Made by a program: the position numbers and the translations under genes. Shown piece after piece: positions 25,939 through 35,019 of a stretch of 64,000 nucleotides of DNA (position 1 is the first letter of the stretch; every line of letters starts with the position of its first letter). The notes under the pieces were generated by a model. It worked only from the letters and a program-made list of their open reading frames with translations. It was not told the DNA's origin and ran no database searches. Source of the DNA: Clostridia bacterium (GTDB lineage Bacteria; Bacillota; Clostridia; CAKSNL01; HGM11501); contig JAZQAZ010000015.1 of assembly GCA_045545475.1 (NCBI GenBank), positions 53,096 to 117,095 on the forward strand, in the 5' to 3' direction.

Positions 25939-27360
25939 TCACCTTAACGAATCTTCTTTGTCGCACTCCAACAGCATCAGCATTGTAAGCTCAAGTGCTT
26001 CGAGCATTCCGTCAATGCTGATGCATTCATCAGGCTGATGCACTCCGCCGTGACCTTGGGTTAGACCGTTTGGTATACCTCCGCGGAGTGTAGTTCCTAT
26101 TTCGGCAGCACAAGGCAGATGCATTGCGTAGGTTCCGCCTGCATTAATATACATTTGGGCTTTTTCATTTCCCGTGTATTTTTTATATGTATTAAGACAA
26201 GTCTGAAGATACGGATTGTTCTCATCAACTATATGTGCGTTCACAGCTCTAACAAATTCAGCCTTCCAGTTTTTATTTTTAAGTGTATTTACAATTTTCT
26301 CCTGCATAACGCTTATATCGGCACATTTCCCAAAACGCACATCAAAGGATAATGAAATTTTCCCGTCATTTACTTTTATCATTCCATTGGTACAGGTAAG
26401 CTTTCCGAATTGGTCATCTTCACAGTCAATTCCAAAAGGCGCACCGTAATAATTTGATAATAAATCCCGGACAAACTTCATCTGCTTTCGGTCATTTTCG
26501 TTTAATCCTTCGCAGGAAGATAGTAATTCAGCCAAAATATATCCTGCATTAAGCGACCCATCCGGTAATGCACCGTGTTTTGAAATACCCTCTGCAGCAA
26601 TGATAATTTCACCATTTTCTACGCTTATATTTATTCGTTCTGTTTTGCTCTTTTTTAAGCTTTCAAGCAGTATATCACTATATTTCAGTCTCGCCGTTGC
26701 CTTGCCTAAAATAATATTAAAGCTTTCGCCGCCGTTAAAATCTGTGATTTGTTCAAAACTCTTGTCAGCTACGGCAAAAAAACGCATAATCCCCTTGTTG
26801 CCCCGATAAAGCGGAAAAGTCGTGTCACAAACAAGCGAGAAATCAGGAGCTTTATGTTTTTTTCCATAGCTTAAAACATCCTCCATGCCCGATTCTTCAT
26901 TTGCACCCGTAAAGCATACAAGTCGAGAATTGAACGGAATATCAAGTTCCTTTAACATTTTCATACAGAAAAGAGAAATAACAATCGCAGATTTGTCATC
27001 TAAAACACCTCTGCCAATTAAACAGCCATCCTTTTCAACAGGTTCAAAAGGGCTTGTTAAAGTCCAGTCGTCATATACCGGCACAACATCGGCATGGGCA
27101 AAAAGTCCAAGGCTTTTTGTCCCGTTGCCGCAATTTGACAGCAGATACCCGCCTTCTCTGTCATACTCTGTTTCAAATCCGTTTTCTCTGTACAGTTTTT
27201 CAGTATATTCAAGTACATATGCACAAGCTTTTCCAAACGGAGCATCCGGTGTTGTTTCGCCTCTTACAGAAGGGATTCTGACAATTTCTTTCAAAAGTTC
27301 TACAATTTCATCCTTGTTATTGATTATGTAGCTATGTATTTGTTCTTTGTAGCTTAACAT
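25939..27360 (-). CDS. M20 family metallo-dipeptidase/amidohydrolase (PepV/Sapep-like)
   Basis: AHADVVP, GRGVLDDK, GANEESGM, GGTYA, HQPDE. Confidence 0.88.
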   Translation of the reverse strand: MLSYKEQIHSYIINNKDEIVELLKEIVRIPSVRGETTPDAPFGKACAYVLEYTEKLYRENGFETEYDREGGYLLSNCGNGTKSLGLFAHADVVPVYDDWTLTSPFEPVEKDGCLIGRGVLDDKSAIVISLFCMKMLKELDIPFNSRLVCFTGANEESGMEDVLSYGKKHKAPDFSLVCDTTFPLYRGNKGIMRFFAVADKSFEQITDFNGGESFNIILGKATARLKYSDILLESLKKSKTERINISVENGEIIIAAEGISKHGALPDGSLNAGYILAELLSSCEGLNENDRKQMKFVRDLLSNYYGAPFGIDCEDDQFGKLTCTNGMIKVNDGKISLSFDVRFGKCADISVMQEKIVNTLKNKNWKAEFVRAVNAHIVDENNPYLQTCLNTYKKYTGNEKAQMYINAGGTYAMHLPCAAEIGTTLRGGIPNGLTQGHGGVHQPDECISIDGMLEALELTMLMLLECDKEDSLR

Positions 27361-29477
27361 TTGTGTGCTGTCCTTTCTATAATTTCATCCTGAATTACAT
27401 CGCCAAGCTTTACAAAATAATCGGAGAAGCCCGATACTCTGACACGTAGATTACTATAATTGTCGGGCGTTTCTTTTGCTTTAATCAAATCTTCCTTTGA
27501 TACATAGGTGAGCTGAAAATGAACGCCGCCGTTTTTGAAATATGTTTCAAGCATATCAACGGTTTTTTCAAAATTATCATCATTTTTTATAAGCTGTTCA
27601 TCAAGCATCAAGTTTGTTACCGTAGCACCGCATCCGATTCCGCTTGGGTCCACCTTGGCAACGGAATTGAGCAATGCAGTAAGGCCGTTTCTGTCCCTTC
27701 CTTCGCTCTGACCAAGTCCGAATTGCAAATCGTCGCCCTTAAATCTTCCGTCAGGCGTTGCATCCGTTTTCATACCATACCTTCTGCCGTAAGGATTGTA
27801 TCCCATAAGGTCGCCCACCAGCCAATGATAGCCGAAAAGGTTTGTCTTGTCTTTTAAGAACTCATACAAGCTTTGGTACAGCTTCCTTGCAACATAGTTT
27901 GAACGCTCAGTATCGTTTCCGAAAAAATCGCCCTTTTTAAGGATAATTGCCCGAAGCTCAGCATAGCCCTGCCAGTTATTTTTCAAGGCATCAATAAGCT
28001 CTGCCATAGTTATAATTTTTTCATCAAATACAAATTGCTTTACTATTATAAGCGAGTCTATAACATTTGTTATTCCGATATACATGGGCGATGCAATAAC
28101 CGTATCCCCTGCACCCTGAGTTAAGCTTTTTCCCTTTTCTATGCATCCGTTAAAGAAAAGGCTTGAAAGATAATTGATATCCTTTGCACGGATGCTGTTA
28201 TATTTATTGTCATATTCATAGCCAATTTCAAGGTCCGCTTTCATTTCTTCAAGAAAGGCAGAATAAAAATCCTCAAAGCTTTCGGCATTTATAATTTTCT
28301 CACTTTTCTTGTGAAAAAGTGTTTCAACAGAGCGGGCAAAATTTATTTTGGAGTTACTTCCCGAAATTGCACCGAGAAAAGCAGGCTCGTTGCACCCTAC
28401 GGTTGTATATCCTACCGCCTTTTCAAAGGGGAATCCGCAAATTTCGGTATAGCATTTTATGCGCTTTTCATCATTCTGGAAAGCAATTCTTTTATGTGGG
28501 TCTTTCCTTTCCATATCAAGAGCGTACTTAAAAACCTCGTGGGGAGTTTTCTTCGTCCATCTCAAAGTTACCTGCGGAATATATGTGGGAAGCTCGGTCA
28601 TACTTTCAATAATCAGCTTGGATAACTCGGTAAATCCGTCTTCTCCGTTCGGAAGATAACCGCCTACGCAAAAATGTGATTCTCCCCCTCGCGTGAAATT
28701 GCGGGAATCCTTACGCGTTGCCGCCTGAAGCATTAAAAAAAGCTCCTGAAGATACATTTTCGCATCATCTTTCGTTATAACCCCTTTTTTAATATCCTCT
28801 TCGTAGAAGGGATAAAGATATCTATCAAGGGTTCCCACGCTGTCCGGATCCGCCGCAAAGCAGATATAAATAGTCAAAACCGCCTCATAAAATGACGAAG
28901 GCTTGTTTTCGGGAACATTTAATAGTGCCTTTGAAAGCTTCATAAGATTTTCTTTATACTCTTCCTTTTCAACGGTTTTTGAAAGCTCCAATGCTCTTTC
29001 AGAGCACTTATGCGCCCATTTTATATAGACAAGTGCAACCTTTCTTATAGCTCTTAAAAATTCAGTTTCTTCTTTTTCGGTGTGTATTTTAAGTGAATCG
29101 TCAATTTCTCCGATAATTCCCGAAATTCCTTTTTCCAAAACCTTTTTATAGTCAGCCGTGGCGTGCTGCCACTCCATTGTAGAAAGATTATCCACATCTT
29201 TGCCGTAAAAGCCCTGAAGCAATTCTCCAAAACCTTTATGTCCTCCTCTGCGGAAGGCATCTCCTACAACCGAGCCGTCGCAATTAAAAAAGCCTGTCAT
29301 CAAAGAGTAGGGCGTAAGCACAGGCTCCTGGTTAAGGATAAATTCGCAAAGCCTTTTTGACTCCATTTCCTCTCTTCCCAAAAACACATCTTCTCTGTCA
29401 AACTCTGTTGCCTTCGGATGGGCATACATTTCTCCTGCAAGGGTTAATTCAAGTAATGCTTTTATTCTTTCTCTCAT
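27354..29477 (-). CDS. Glycyl radical enzyme of unknown substrate (not canonical PFL)
   Basis: Cys loop TVGCNEP (single Cys, CxE), ATPDGR, Gly loop RVRVSGF. Confidence 0.92.
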   Translation of the reverse strand: MRERIKALLELTLAGEMYAHPKATEFDREDVFLGREEMESKRLCEFILNQEPVLTPYSLMTGFFNCDGSVVGDAFRRGGHKGFGELLQGFYGKDVDNLSTMEWQHATADYKKVLEKGISGIIGEIDDSLKIHTEKEETEFLRAIRKVALVYIKWAHKCSERALELSKTVEKEEYKENLMKLSKALLNVPENKPSSFYEAVLTIYICFAADPDSVGTLDRYLYPFYEEDIKKGVITKDDAKMYLQELFLMLQAATRKDSRNFTRGGESHFCVGGYLPNGEDGFTELSKLIIESMTELPTYIPQVTLRWTKKTPHEVFKYALDMERKDPHKRIAFQNDEKRIKCYTEICGFPFEKAVGYTTVGCNEPAFLGAISGSNSKINFARSVETLFHKKSEKIINAESFEDFYSAFLEEMKADLEIGYEYDNKYNSIRAKDINYLSSLFFNGCIEKGKSLTQGAGDTVIASPMYIGITNVIDSLIIVKQFVFDEKIITMAELIDALKNNWQGYAELRAIILKKGDFFGNDTERSNYVARKLYQSLYEFLKDKTNLFGYHWLVGDLMGYNPYGRRYGMKTDATPDGRFKGDDLQFGLGQSEGRDRNGLTALLNSVAKVDPSGIGCGATVTNLMLDEQLIKNDDNFEKTVDMLETYFKNGGVHFQLTYVSKEDLIKAKETPDNYSNLRVRVSGFSDYFVKLGDVIQDEIIERTAHKC

Positions 29478-29622
29478 AAAAAGACCTCCTACCTATGGAT
29501 ATTGTAATTATACTTACAAACGCAACTCATTAAAATGCACCAATAATATCATTTGCACTTTTCGACACTGTTTTGTGTTGACAAATGCAAATAATTATAG
29601 TATCATCGTAGCGGGTGATGCT

Positions 29623-30405
29623 ATGAATACTGATTTTAATATAACTAAAATCCATACAGCAATTTTTGTAAACAAATATGACCATCCGAATGCAAGGTTG
29701 AATTTCCCTGGAAACCTCAAATATAACGAACTCATATATCATATCAGCGGAGAAGCAACGGTGCATTTCAACGGTAAAACCTTAGAGACAAAGAAAAACA
29801 CCATCCGCTTTTTGCCTAAGGGTGAAAACAAAGGATATGTTGTTGAAAAGAAAGAATTCGGCGAATGCATAGATATATTTTTCGACACAGATTTACCCGT
29901 ATCCGATGAAGCATTTACAATAGATATGGCTGAAAATACCACCGTCGGAAATTTATTTAACAAGTTTTTTACTACCTGGATTTCAAAAAACGACGGATAT
30001 AGATTTGAATGCCTCTCAATTTTATACAAAATTTTCGCACAGATGCAAAGCAAAAATTATATTCCTCAAAACCAATATGATAAAATAAAGCCTGCTATCA
30101 CATATATTGAGGAAAATTTCCACAAAGAGAAAATCAGCATTGCTTCTTTGGCTGAAAAATGCAAAATAAGCGAGACTTATTTTAAAAAGCTTTTCATAAA
30201 GAAACTTTCGATGCCGCCGTCTAAATATATTATTCAGATGAAAATTAACTTTGCAACAGAGCTTCTTCGCTCAGGATTATATTCAATTACGCAGATTGCC
30301 GATATGTGCGGATATGAAACTCCCTACTTTTTCAGCCGTCAGTTTAAGGAGTATGTGGGCTTGTCCCCTACCGATTTTGCAGAAAAATTCAAAGTTTCAA
30401 AATAA
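29623..30405 (+). CDS. AraC family regulator divergent from GRE operon
   Basis: SITQIADMCGYETPYFFSRQFKEYVGLSP; probable start ATG 29623. Confidence 0.92.
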   Translation: MNTDFNITKIHTAIFVNKYDHPNARLNFPGNLKYNELIYHISGEATVHFNGKTLETKKNTIRFLPKGENKGYVVEKKEFGECIDIFFDTDLPVSDEAFTIDMAENTTVGNLFNKFFTTWISKNDGYRFECLSILYKIFAQMQSKNYIPQNQYDKIKPAITYIEENFHKEKISIASLAEKCKISETYFKKLFIKKLSMPPSKYIIQMKINFATELLRSGLYSITQIADMCGYETPYFFSRQFKEYVGLSPTDFAEKFKVSK

Positions 30406-30407
30406 CA

Positions 30408-30447
30408 AAAAACCTCCTGGTCAGAAACTTCTGACCAAGAGGTTTTT
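30408..30447. terminator. Bidirectional terminator
   Basis: aaaaacctcctggtcagaa/ttctgaccaagaggttttt. Confidence 0.75.
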
Positions 30448-30448
30448 A

Positions 30449-32236
30449 TCATATGTATTGTATGAAGGTAACCCACTTTCCGCAGCCGCCGACAGAGCCG
30501 ATTTCGATAAATGCTTCCGCTTCTTTATCGTTATCAAAGTAAAATTCAAATTTATTTTCTCCTCTTTCGGGAGTGAAAATGCTGCAGCAGCCTCTGTGAA
30601 AAGCGGGAACATATTCTAATCCCGCTGCCCTTTCGTGGATTTTTTCTCCGTTGAAGAAGGTATCAAACTTTGCTTTTCCGTTGTGGGAAATTTTTAAGGC
30701 CCTTCCCCCTACCGCAGGAATGAAATCAAGGGTATAGCGGTATTTTCCCTTCGGCACGGTAAAGTAAGCAAAGGGCGTTTCAACATCGTACTTTTCGCCC
30801 GTTTCAAGATTTTCAACGTGATAAACTTTTGCATCGGGGAAGCCGAAGGAAGCATCCCAATTTAAGCCGTTTACCGAAAACATTACATTTACGGTGTTAA
30901 CCGGCACTCTCTTTTTAGCTATGAGTTTTTTTACATTGAAGGCATATTCTGCCTTATCGCCCGGCGCAAGGTCAAGATTGAAGGAAGAAGGTTTTATAAT
31001 TACATTCTGAGATGCACCGAGTGTAAATGTTCCCTTCATTTCAGTCTTTGTTCTGTTTTCTATTTTTATCTTGAAGTTATTTTCCTTTTCATAGCAATAT
31101 GCCACAGTTTCGGGATATACCACACTCACGGTAAGAGGAGTTTCCGCTATAAGTGCCTCTGTAAGTTCATAATCCTTATCGATATGTCCGCTTAATCTGG
31201 GCGGTGCCATATTGTATGTTTTTCTGTCTTTTGGAAAGTTTTCAAATTTCACATCGGAATTATAATATTCCATAACCTTTTCAGCGACAAATGCCACCTC
31301 GTCACAAAAATCCCCGATTGTAGCAGATTCTGTCACGTTTATCATATTGTAAGAAAGTAAGAGTTCATCTCCGATAGGTTTTGTCCACTTTTCAGAAATT
31401 CCTTCGGGATTAAGTATTCCCACAATAGAACCTACCGTTGCCGCAGTGCAGTCCGCATCGTGACCTAAATTTGTAGCGGTGCAGATAGCCGTGTCAAAAT
31501 CGCCTTTTGAATGAAGAAGTGCCGTTAAGATAAAGGACACATTTATTGTTACATCCGTCCAGTTTTCCGAGCTGTAGTTTTCAAGTATTCTGCTTCGAAC
31601 CTCAACCGGGTCCTTTGTTTCATTGTACCATTTAACGGCATCACGGAAGGCTTTGCTCATTTTTGCATCTTCCGGAATGTAGGAAATTGCCTTGTCGATC
31701 ATTTTTTCAACATCGGTTTCGGTAAACGCCATACTTTCAAGGGCGGCAAGAAACATAATGGCGTGAATTCCGTCATCTGCGTGGTCGGTGCATCCGTCCT
31801 CAATTGAAAGCTTAACCGCAAGGTCGGGATTTCCCGGTGCCAGGCACGCCCAGAGTTCACTTCTTATTGCCGCACCCATACCGCCGTGAAATTTATTGTT
31901 GTATCTGCCTGACAATGGGGCATAAATCTTTTTCTGATAGTTTCCTTCGGCAACGCCGTATTCGTCGGGCAGGGTTTCCTGATTGTAAAGCCTCCAGGTA
32001 TCGCCCATATTAAATCTGCTTACGGGAAGTCCCGTTCTCATAATTATTTCAAGGGCTGAAACCTGCAAATCAAGATCGTCATTCGGTATCATTGTATCGG
32101 GAACGGGATCGTAATATGTCACATTATTGACCCGGCACCTTCCCTCAAATGGCATACCGAGTGTTCCGCCCACGGACTTACCTATAAAACATCCCTTAAG
32201 CTTTTTTCTGTATACGCCATAATCAAGTTCTTTCAT
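30449..32236 (-). CDS. Long ADP-ribosylglycohydrolase family protein with C-terminal beta-sandwich domains
   Basis: GGTLGMPFEG, PNDDLDLQ, GMGAAIRSE, CTDH, GHDADCTAATVG. Confidence 0.85.
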   Translation of the reverse strand: MKELDYGVYRKKLKGCFIGKSVGGTLGMPFEGRCRVNNVTYYDPVPDTMIPNDDLDLQVSALEIIMRTGLPVSRFNMGDTWRLYNQETLPDEYGVAEGNYQKKIYAPLSGRYNNKFHGGMGAAIRSELWACLAPGNPDLAVKLSIEDGCTDHADDGIHAIMFLAALESMAFTETDVEKMIDKAISYIPEDAKMSKAFRDAVKWYNETKDPVEVRSRILENYSSENWTDVTINVSFILTALLHSKGDFDTAICTATNLGHDADCTAATVGSIVGILNPEGISEKWTKPIGDELLLSYNMINVTESATIGDFCDEVAFVAEKVMEYYNSDVKFENFPKDRKTYNMAPPRLSGHIDKDYELTEALIAETPLTVSVVYPETVAYCYEKENNFKIKIENRTKTEMKGTFTLGASQNVIIKPSSFNLDLAPGDKAEYAFNVKKLIAKKRVPVNTVNVMFSVNGLNWDASFGFPDAKVYHVENLETGEKYDVETPFAYFTVPKGKYRYTLDFIPAVGGRALKISHNGKAKFDTFFNGEKIHERAAGLEYVPAFHRGCCSIFTPERGENKFEFYFDNDKEAEAFIEIGSVGGCGKWVTFIQYI

Positions 32237-32359
32237 CAAAATCACTCCTTTTACTTTATTTTATCGTACATTACAGATTTTGTAAATGATATTTAACGGC
32301 AACATAAGTTGACTTTTATTGACATTTCTGCTAAAATTACTTCAAAGAGGTGATTTTTA

Positions 32360-33277
32360 ATGGCAGAAGAGAAAAACTTTACAGGCGGATTTGTTGACGG
32401 GAAATACTTTGTCAGAATCGGACGATACAGTAAAAACCTTTTCAGAAACGTTGCCTATACCTATCACCCTTCGGGGTATCTTCACTCCTATCACACCCAC
32501 GATTTTTACGAAATGAATTATGTACTTAAAGGAAAATGCGTAAACTATGTAAGCGGTGAAAACCTTGAAATGAACGAAGGCGATGCAATTTTAATGCACC
32601 CGGGCACCTTTCATTCGGTTTATGCCGAAAACGATTCTCTTGTTGTAAACTTTTTAATACGCAGTGAATTCCTTCTTTCCAATATGTCCTCATTAAATTC
32701 CGACTTTCCTTTCGGGAAATTTATTGATGCTTCAAAAAAGGACGACTACTACAGATATATTCTTTTTACCGATGGCGAAACAAGCACCGACCTTTGCAAA
32801 AAGCTTATAGAGCAGATTGAAAAGGATGCTTCAGGCACGGCAGAAGGTTTTTTAAGAGAAGAGGCACTTTTTCTTCTCCTTGCATCTGACCTTGCGACGA
32901 AGAAAACCAATCAGATACTCTCAGAGCAGAAGGGCAGAGAATCAGAAAAGCTTCACGAGGCCATGATGTTTTATGCCTACGAGCACTATAACACCATAAC
33001 CCTTGAGGCACTTTCAGAAAAATTCGGTTATTCCAAAAGCCACGTGTGTCGCATATTCCGCCATTATACGGGAACCACCTTCCACGAAATATTAACCGAT
33101 GTAAAGCTATCTTATGCCTGCACCTATCTCAGAGAATCGGATTTATCCGTTCAGACAGTCGCACAAAAGGTTGGCTTTCAGAGCATTGAACATTTTCACC
33201 GACTATTTAAAAATAGGTTTTCGATTTCTCCGCTTAAATATAGGTCCTCTCCTGAAAACATTGCCCGTAATATGTAA
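32360..33277 (+). CDS. AraC family regulator with cupin sensor
   Basis: HTHDFYEMNY...PGTFH cupin; SVQTVAQKVGFQSIEHFHRLFK. Confidence 0.92.
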   Translation: MAEEKNFTGGFVDGKYFVRIGRYSKNLFRNVAYTYHPSGYLHSYHTHDFYEMNYVLKGKCVNYVSGENLEMNEGDAILMHPGTFHSVYAENDSLVVNFLIRSEFLLSNMSSLNSDFPFGKFIDASKKDDYYRYILFTDGETSTDLCKKLIEQIEKDASGTAEGFLREEALFLLLASDLATKKTNQILSEQKGRESEKLHEAMMFYAYEHYNTITLEALSEKFGYSKSHVCRIFRHYTGTTFHEILTDVKLSYACTYLRESDLSVQTVAQKVGFQSIEHFHRLFKNRFSISPLKYRSSPENIARNM

Positions 33278-33311
33278 AAAAGGTTGCTTAAGTTTCCTTA
33301 AGCAACCTTTT
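33278..33311. terminator. Bidirectional terminator
   Basis: aaaaggttgcttaag/cttaagcaacctttt. Confidence 0.75.
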
Positions 33312-33312
33312 A

Positions 33313-33582
33313 TTATTCAGCGTCCTTGCTCTTGATTTTACTTAAGAGCGATGTAACTATAATGATTACGCCGATTACGACGAATATACCAAGCATTCCG
33401 AGTCCCATATAGCTTAAGTTGTCAACGAAAGCACCGGGATTAAACTTAAATTCTGCTTCGCTCGTTTCTACTGTGGCTTCCGTAGCTGTAACTTCGGTAT
33501 TTTCTAAAACTTCGCCTTCAATTTCAAGAATTACTTCTTCTGTCTCTGTTTCTAAAACTTCTGTTTCAATAACTTCGTTCAT
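33313..33582 (-). CDS. OadG-like small membrane subunit (acidic N-terminus, single C-terminal TM helix)
   Basis: LSYMGLGMLGIFVVIGVIIIV helix; directly downstream of oadB. Confidence 0.65.
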   Translation of the reverse strand: MNEVIETEVLETETEEVILEIEGEVLENTEVTATEATVETSEAEFKFNPGAFVDNLSYMGLGMLGIFVVIGVIIIVTSLLSKIKSKDAE

Positions 33583-33596
33583 TTAAGTACCCTCCC

Positions 33597-34736
33597 TTAC
33601 TTCAAAAAGAAATTAAGAATAAGACCGCCTGCGATAACCGATGCAATCTGTCCCGATACGTTTACACCGATAGAGTGCATTAAAAGGAAGTTCTGAGGAT
33701 CTTCCGCAAGGCCCATCTTGTGAACGATTCTTCCTGACATGGGGAATGCAGAAATACCTGCCGCACCGATCATGGGGTTTATCTTTTTCTTTAAGAAAAG
33801 GTTTAAGAATTTTGCAAAAAGCACGCCGCCTGCAGTATCAAAGATAAATGCGATAAGACCAAGGCCTAAGATTAAAAGGGTCTGAGGCTGTAAGAACTTA
33901 TCAGCCTGCATCTGTGTTGCAATTGTGATACCAAGGAAAATTGTAACAAGGTTAGCTAAAACCTTCTGGGCAGTGTCGGAAAGTGAATCAAGTACTCCGC
34001 ACTCTCTGATTAAGTTACCGAACATTAAAAAGCCGACTAAGCTTGCTGCAGCAGGAGCTATTATTGATGCTATCAAAGTAATTACAATGGGAAAAAGAAT
34101 CTTTGTAAGCTTGGATACGCTCTTTCCCTGATATTCCATGCGGATTAATCTTTCTTTTTTGGTTGTTAAAAGCTTGATTACAGGGGGCTGAATAATGGGA
34201 ACCAGTGCCATATAAGAATATGCCGCAACCATTATTGCACCGGTATATTCTGATTTTAATTTCTGTGCAACAACTATTGATGTGGGTCCGTCAGCCGCAC
34301 CGATTATCGCAATGGATGCCGCATCGTTTATTTCAAAGAACATTGATGCCATACAAAGGGTAAAGAAAATACCAAACTGTGCAGCAGCACCGAAAATCAT
34401 AAGCTTCGGGTTTGATAAAAGGGGGCCGAAGTCAATCATCGCACCGATACCGATAAAGAGTATCAACGGGAAAAGCTCGTTTGCAATACCTGCGTTATAA
34501 AGCGTGCTTAAGGCACCTATTTCTTCTTCTCCGTTTTCCAGAATCTGCGTTACCGCACCGGACATGGGGATGTTTACCAAAATTGCACCAAAGCCCATGG
34601 GGAGAAGAAGCGTAGGCTCCATATCCTTCTTTATGGCAAGGTAGATTAAAATTCCGCCGATAATCCACATTACGATAAGACGCCAGTCACTTAACCCTTT
34701 GACATTTTCAAAAATGCCTAAAATTTTGTCTAACAT
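33597..34736 (-). CDS. oadB: Na+-translocating decarboxylase beta subunit
   Basis: MEPTLLLPMGFG, GAAAQFGIF, IIGAADGPTSI, AAYSYMALVP, GAAGISAFPMSGR, NVSGQIAS. Confidence 0.92.
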   Translation of the reverse strand: MLDKILGIFENVKGLSDWRLIVMWIIGGILIYLAIKKDMEPTLLLPMGFGAILVNIPMSGAVTQILENGEEEIGALSTLYNAGIANELFPLILFIGIGAMIDFGPLLSNPKLMIFGAAAQFGIFFTLCMASMFFEINDAASIAIIGAADGPTSIVVAQKLKSEYTGAIMVAAYSYMALVPIIQPPVIKLLTTKKERLIRMEYQGKSVSKLTKILFPIVITLIASIIAPAAASLVGFLMFGNLIRECGVLDSLSDTAQKVLANLVTIFLGITIATQMQADKFLQPQTLLILGLGLIAFIFDTAGGVLFAKFLNLFLKKKINPMIGAAGISAFPMSGRIVHKMGLAEDPQNFLLMHSIGVNVSGQIASVIAGGLILNFFLK

Positions 34737-34751
34737 AATATCCTCCTTTGC

Positions 34752-34778
34752 AAAATAAAAGACAGACTTTCGCCTGTC
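34752..34778 (-). terminator. Attenuator terminator in oadB leader
   Basis: GACAGGC-GAAA-GUCUGUC hairpin followed by UUUUAUUUU just before the RBS. Confidence 0.75.
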
Positions 34779-34852
34779 AGACCAATTTCCGGCAAACAGA
34801 AATTACTTTCTGTGACAGACTCCCCCACTTGCCGGAAGCTATTAAACCAACT
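34778..34852 (-). ncRNA. Probable Na+-sensing riboswitch (DUF1646 / Na+-I like) in oadB 5' leader
   Basis: Leader: GGUU...UUCCGGCAA..(inner hairpin CAGAAA/UUUCUG)..UUGCCGGAA...UGGUC, then terminator. Starts right after a perfect promoter, upstream of a Na+ pump gene. Class assignment is from memory of the consensus. Confidence 0.6.
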
Positions 34853-34857
34853 TCGCT

Positions 34858-34886
34858 ATTATACAACATTTCCCTGAAATTGTCAA
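34858..34886 (-). promoter_or_regulatory. Consensus sigmaA promoter of oadB leader
   Basis: TTGACA-17 bp-TATAAT. Confidence 0.85.
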
Positions 34887-35019
34887 CAATATAATAATGT
34901 ATATTTTAATCTTGACAAGCCCCTTTTGATGATTATACTATGTTTTGTGGTGAGAAATTTATATAAATATATAATTTTCTTTGATAAAATATAGTAAATC
35001 AAAAAGAGAGGTGTTTTTT

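Noticed and set aside
27354-29477. Pyruvate formate-lyase
   Set aside because: Lacks the adjacent Cys-Cys pair; has a CxE loop
33440-33582. Glu/Thr-rich quasi-repeats in the OadG-like N-terminus as a tandem repeat or CRISPR
   Set aside because: Low-complexity coding sequence with no exact periodic repeat-spacer structure
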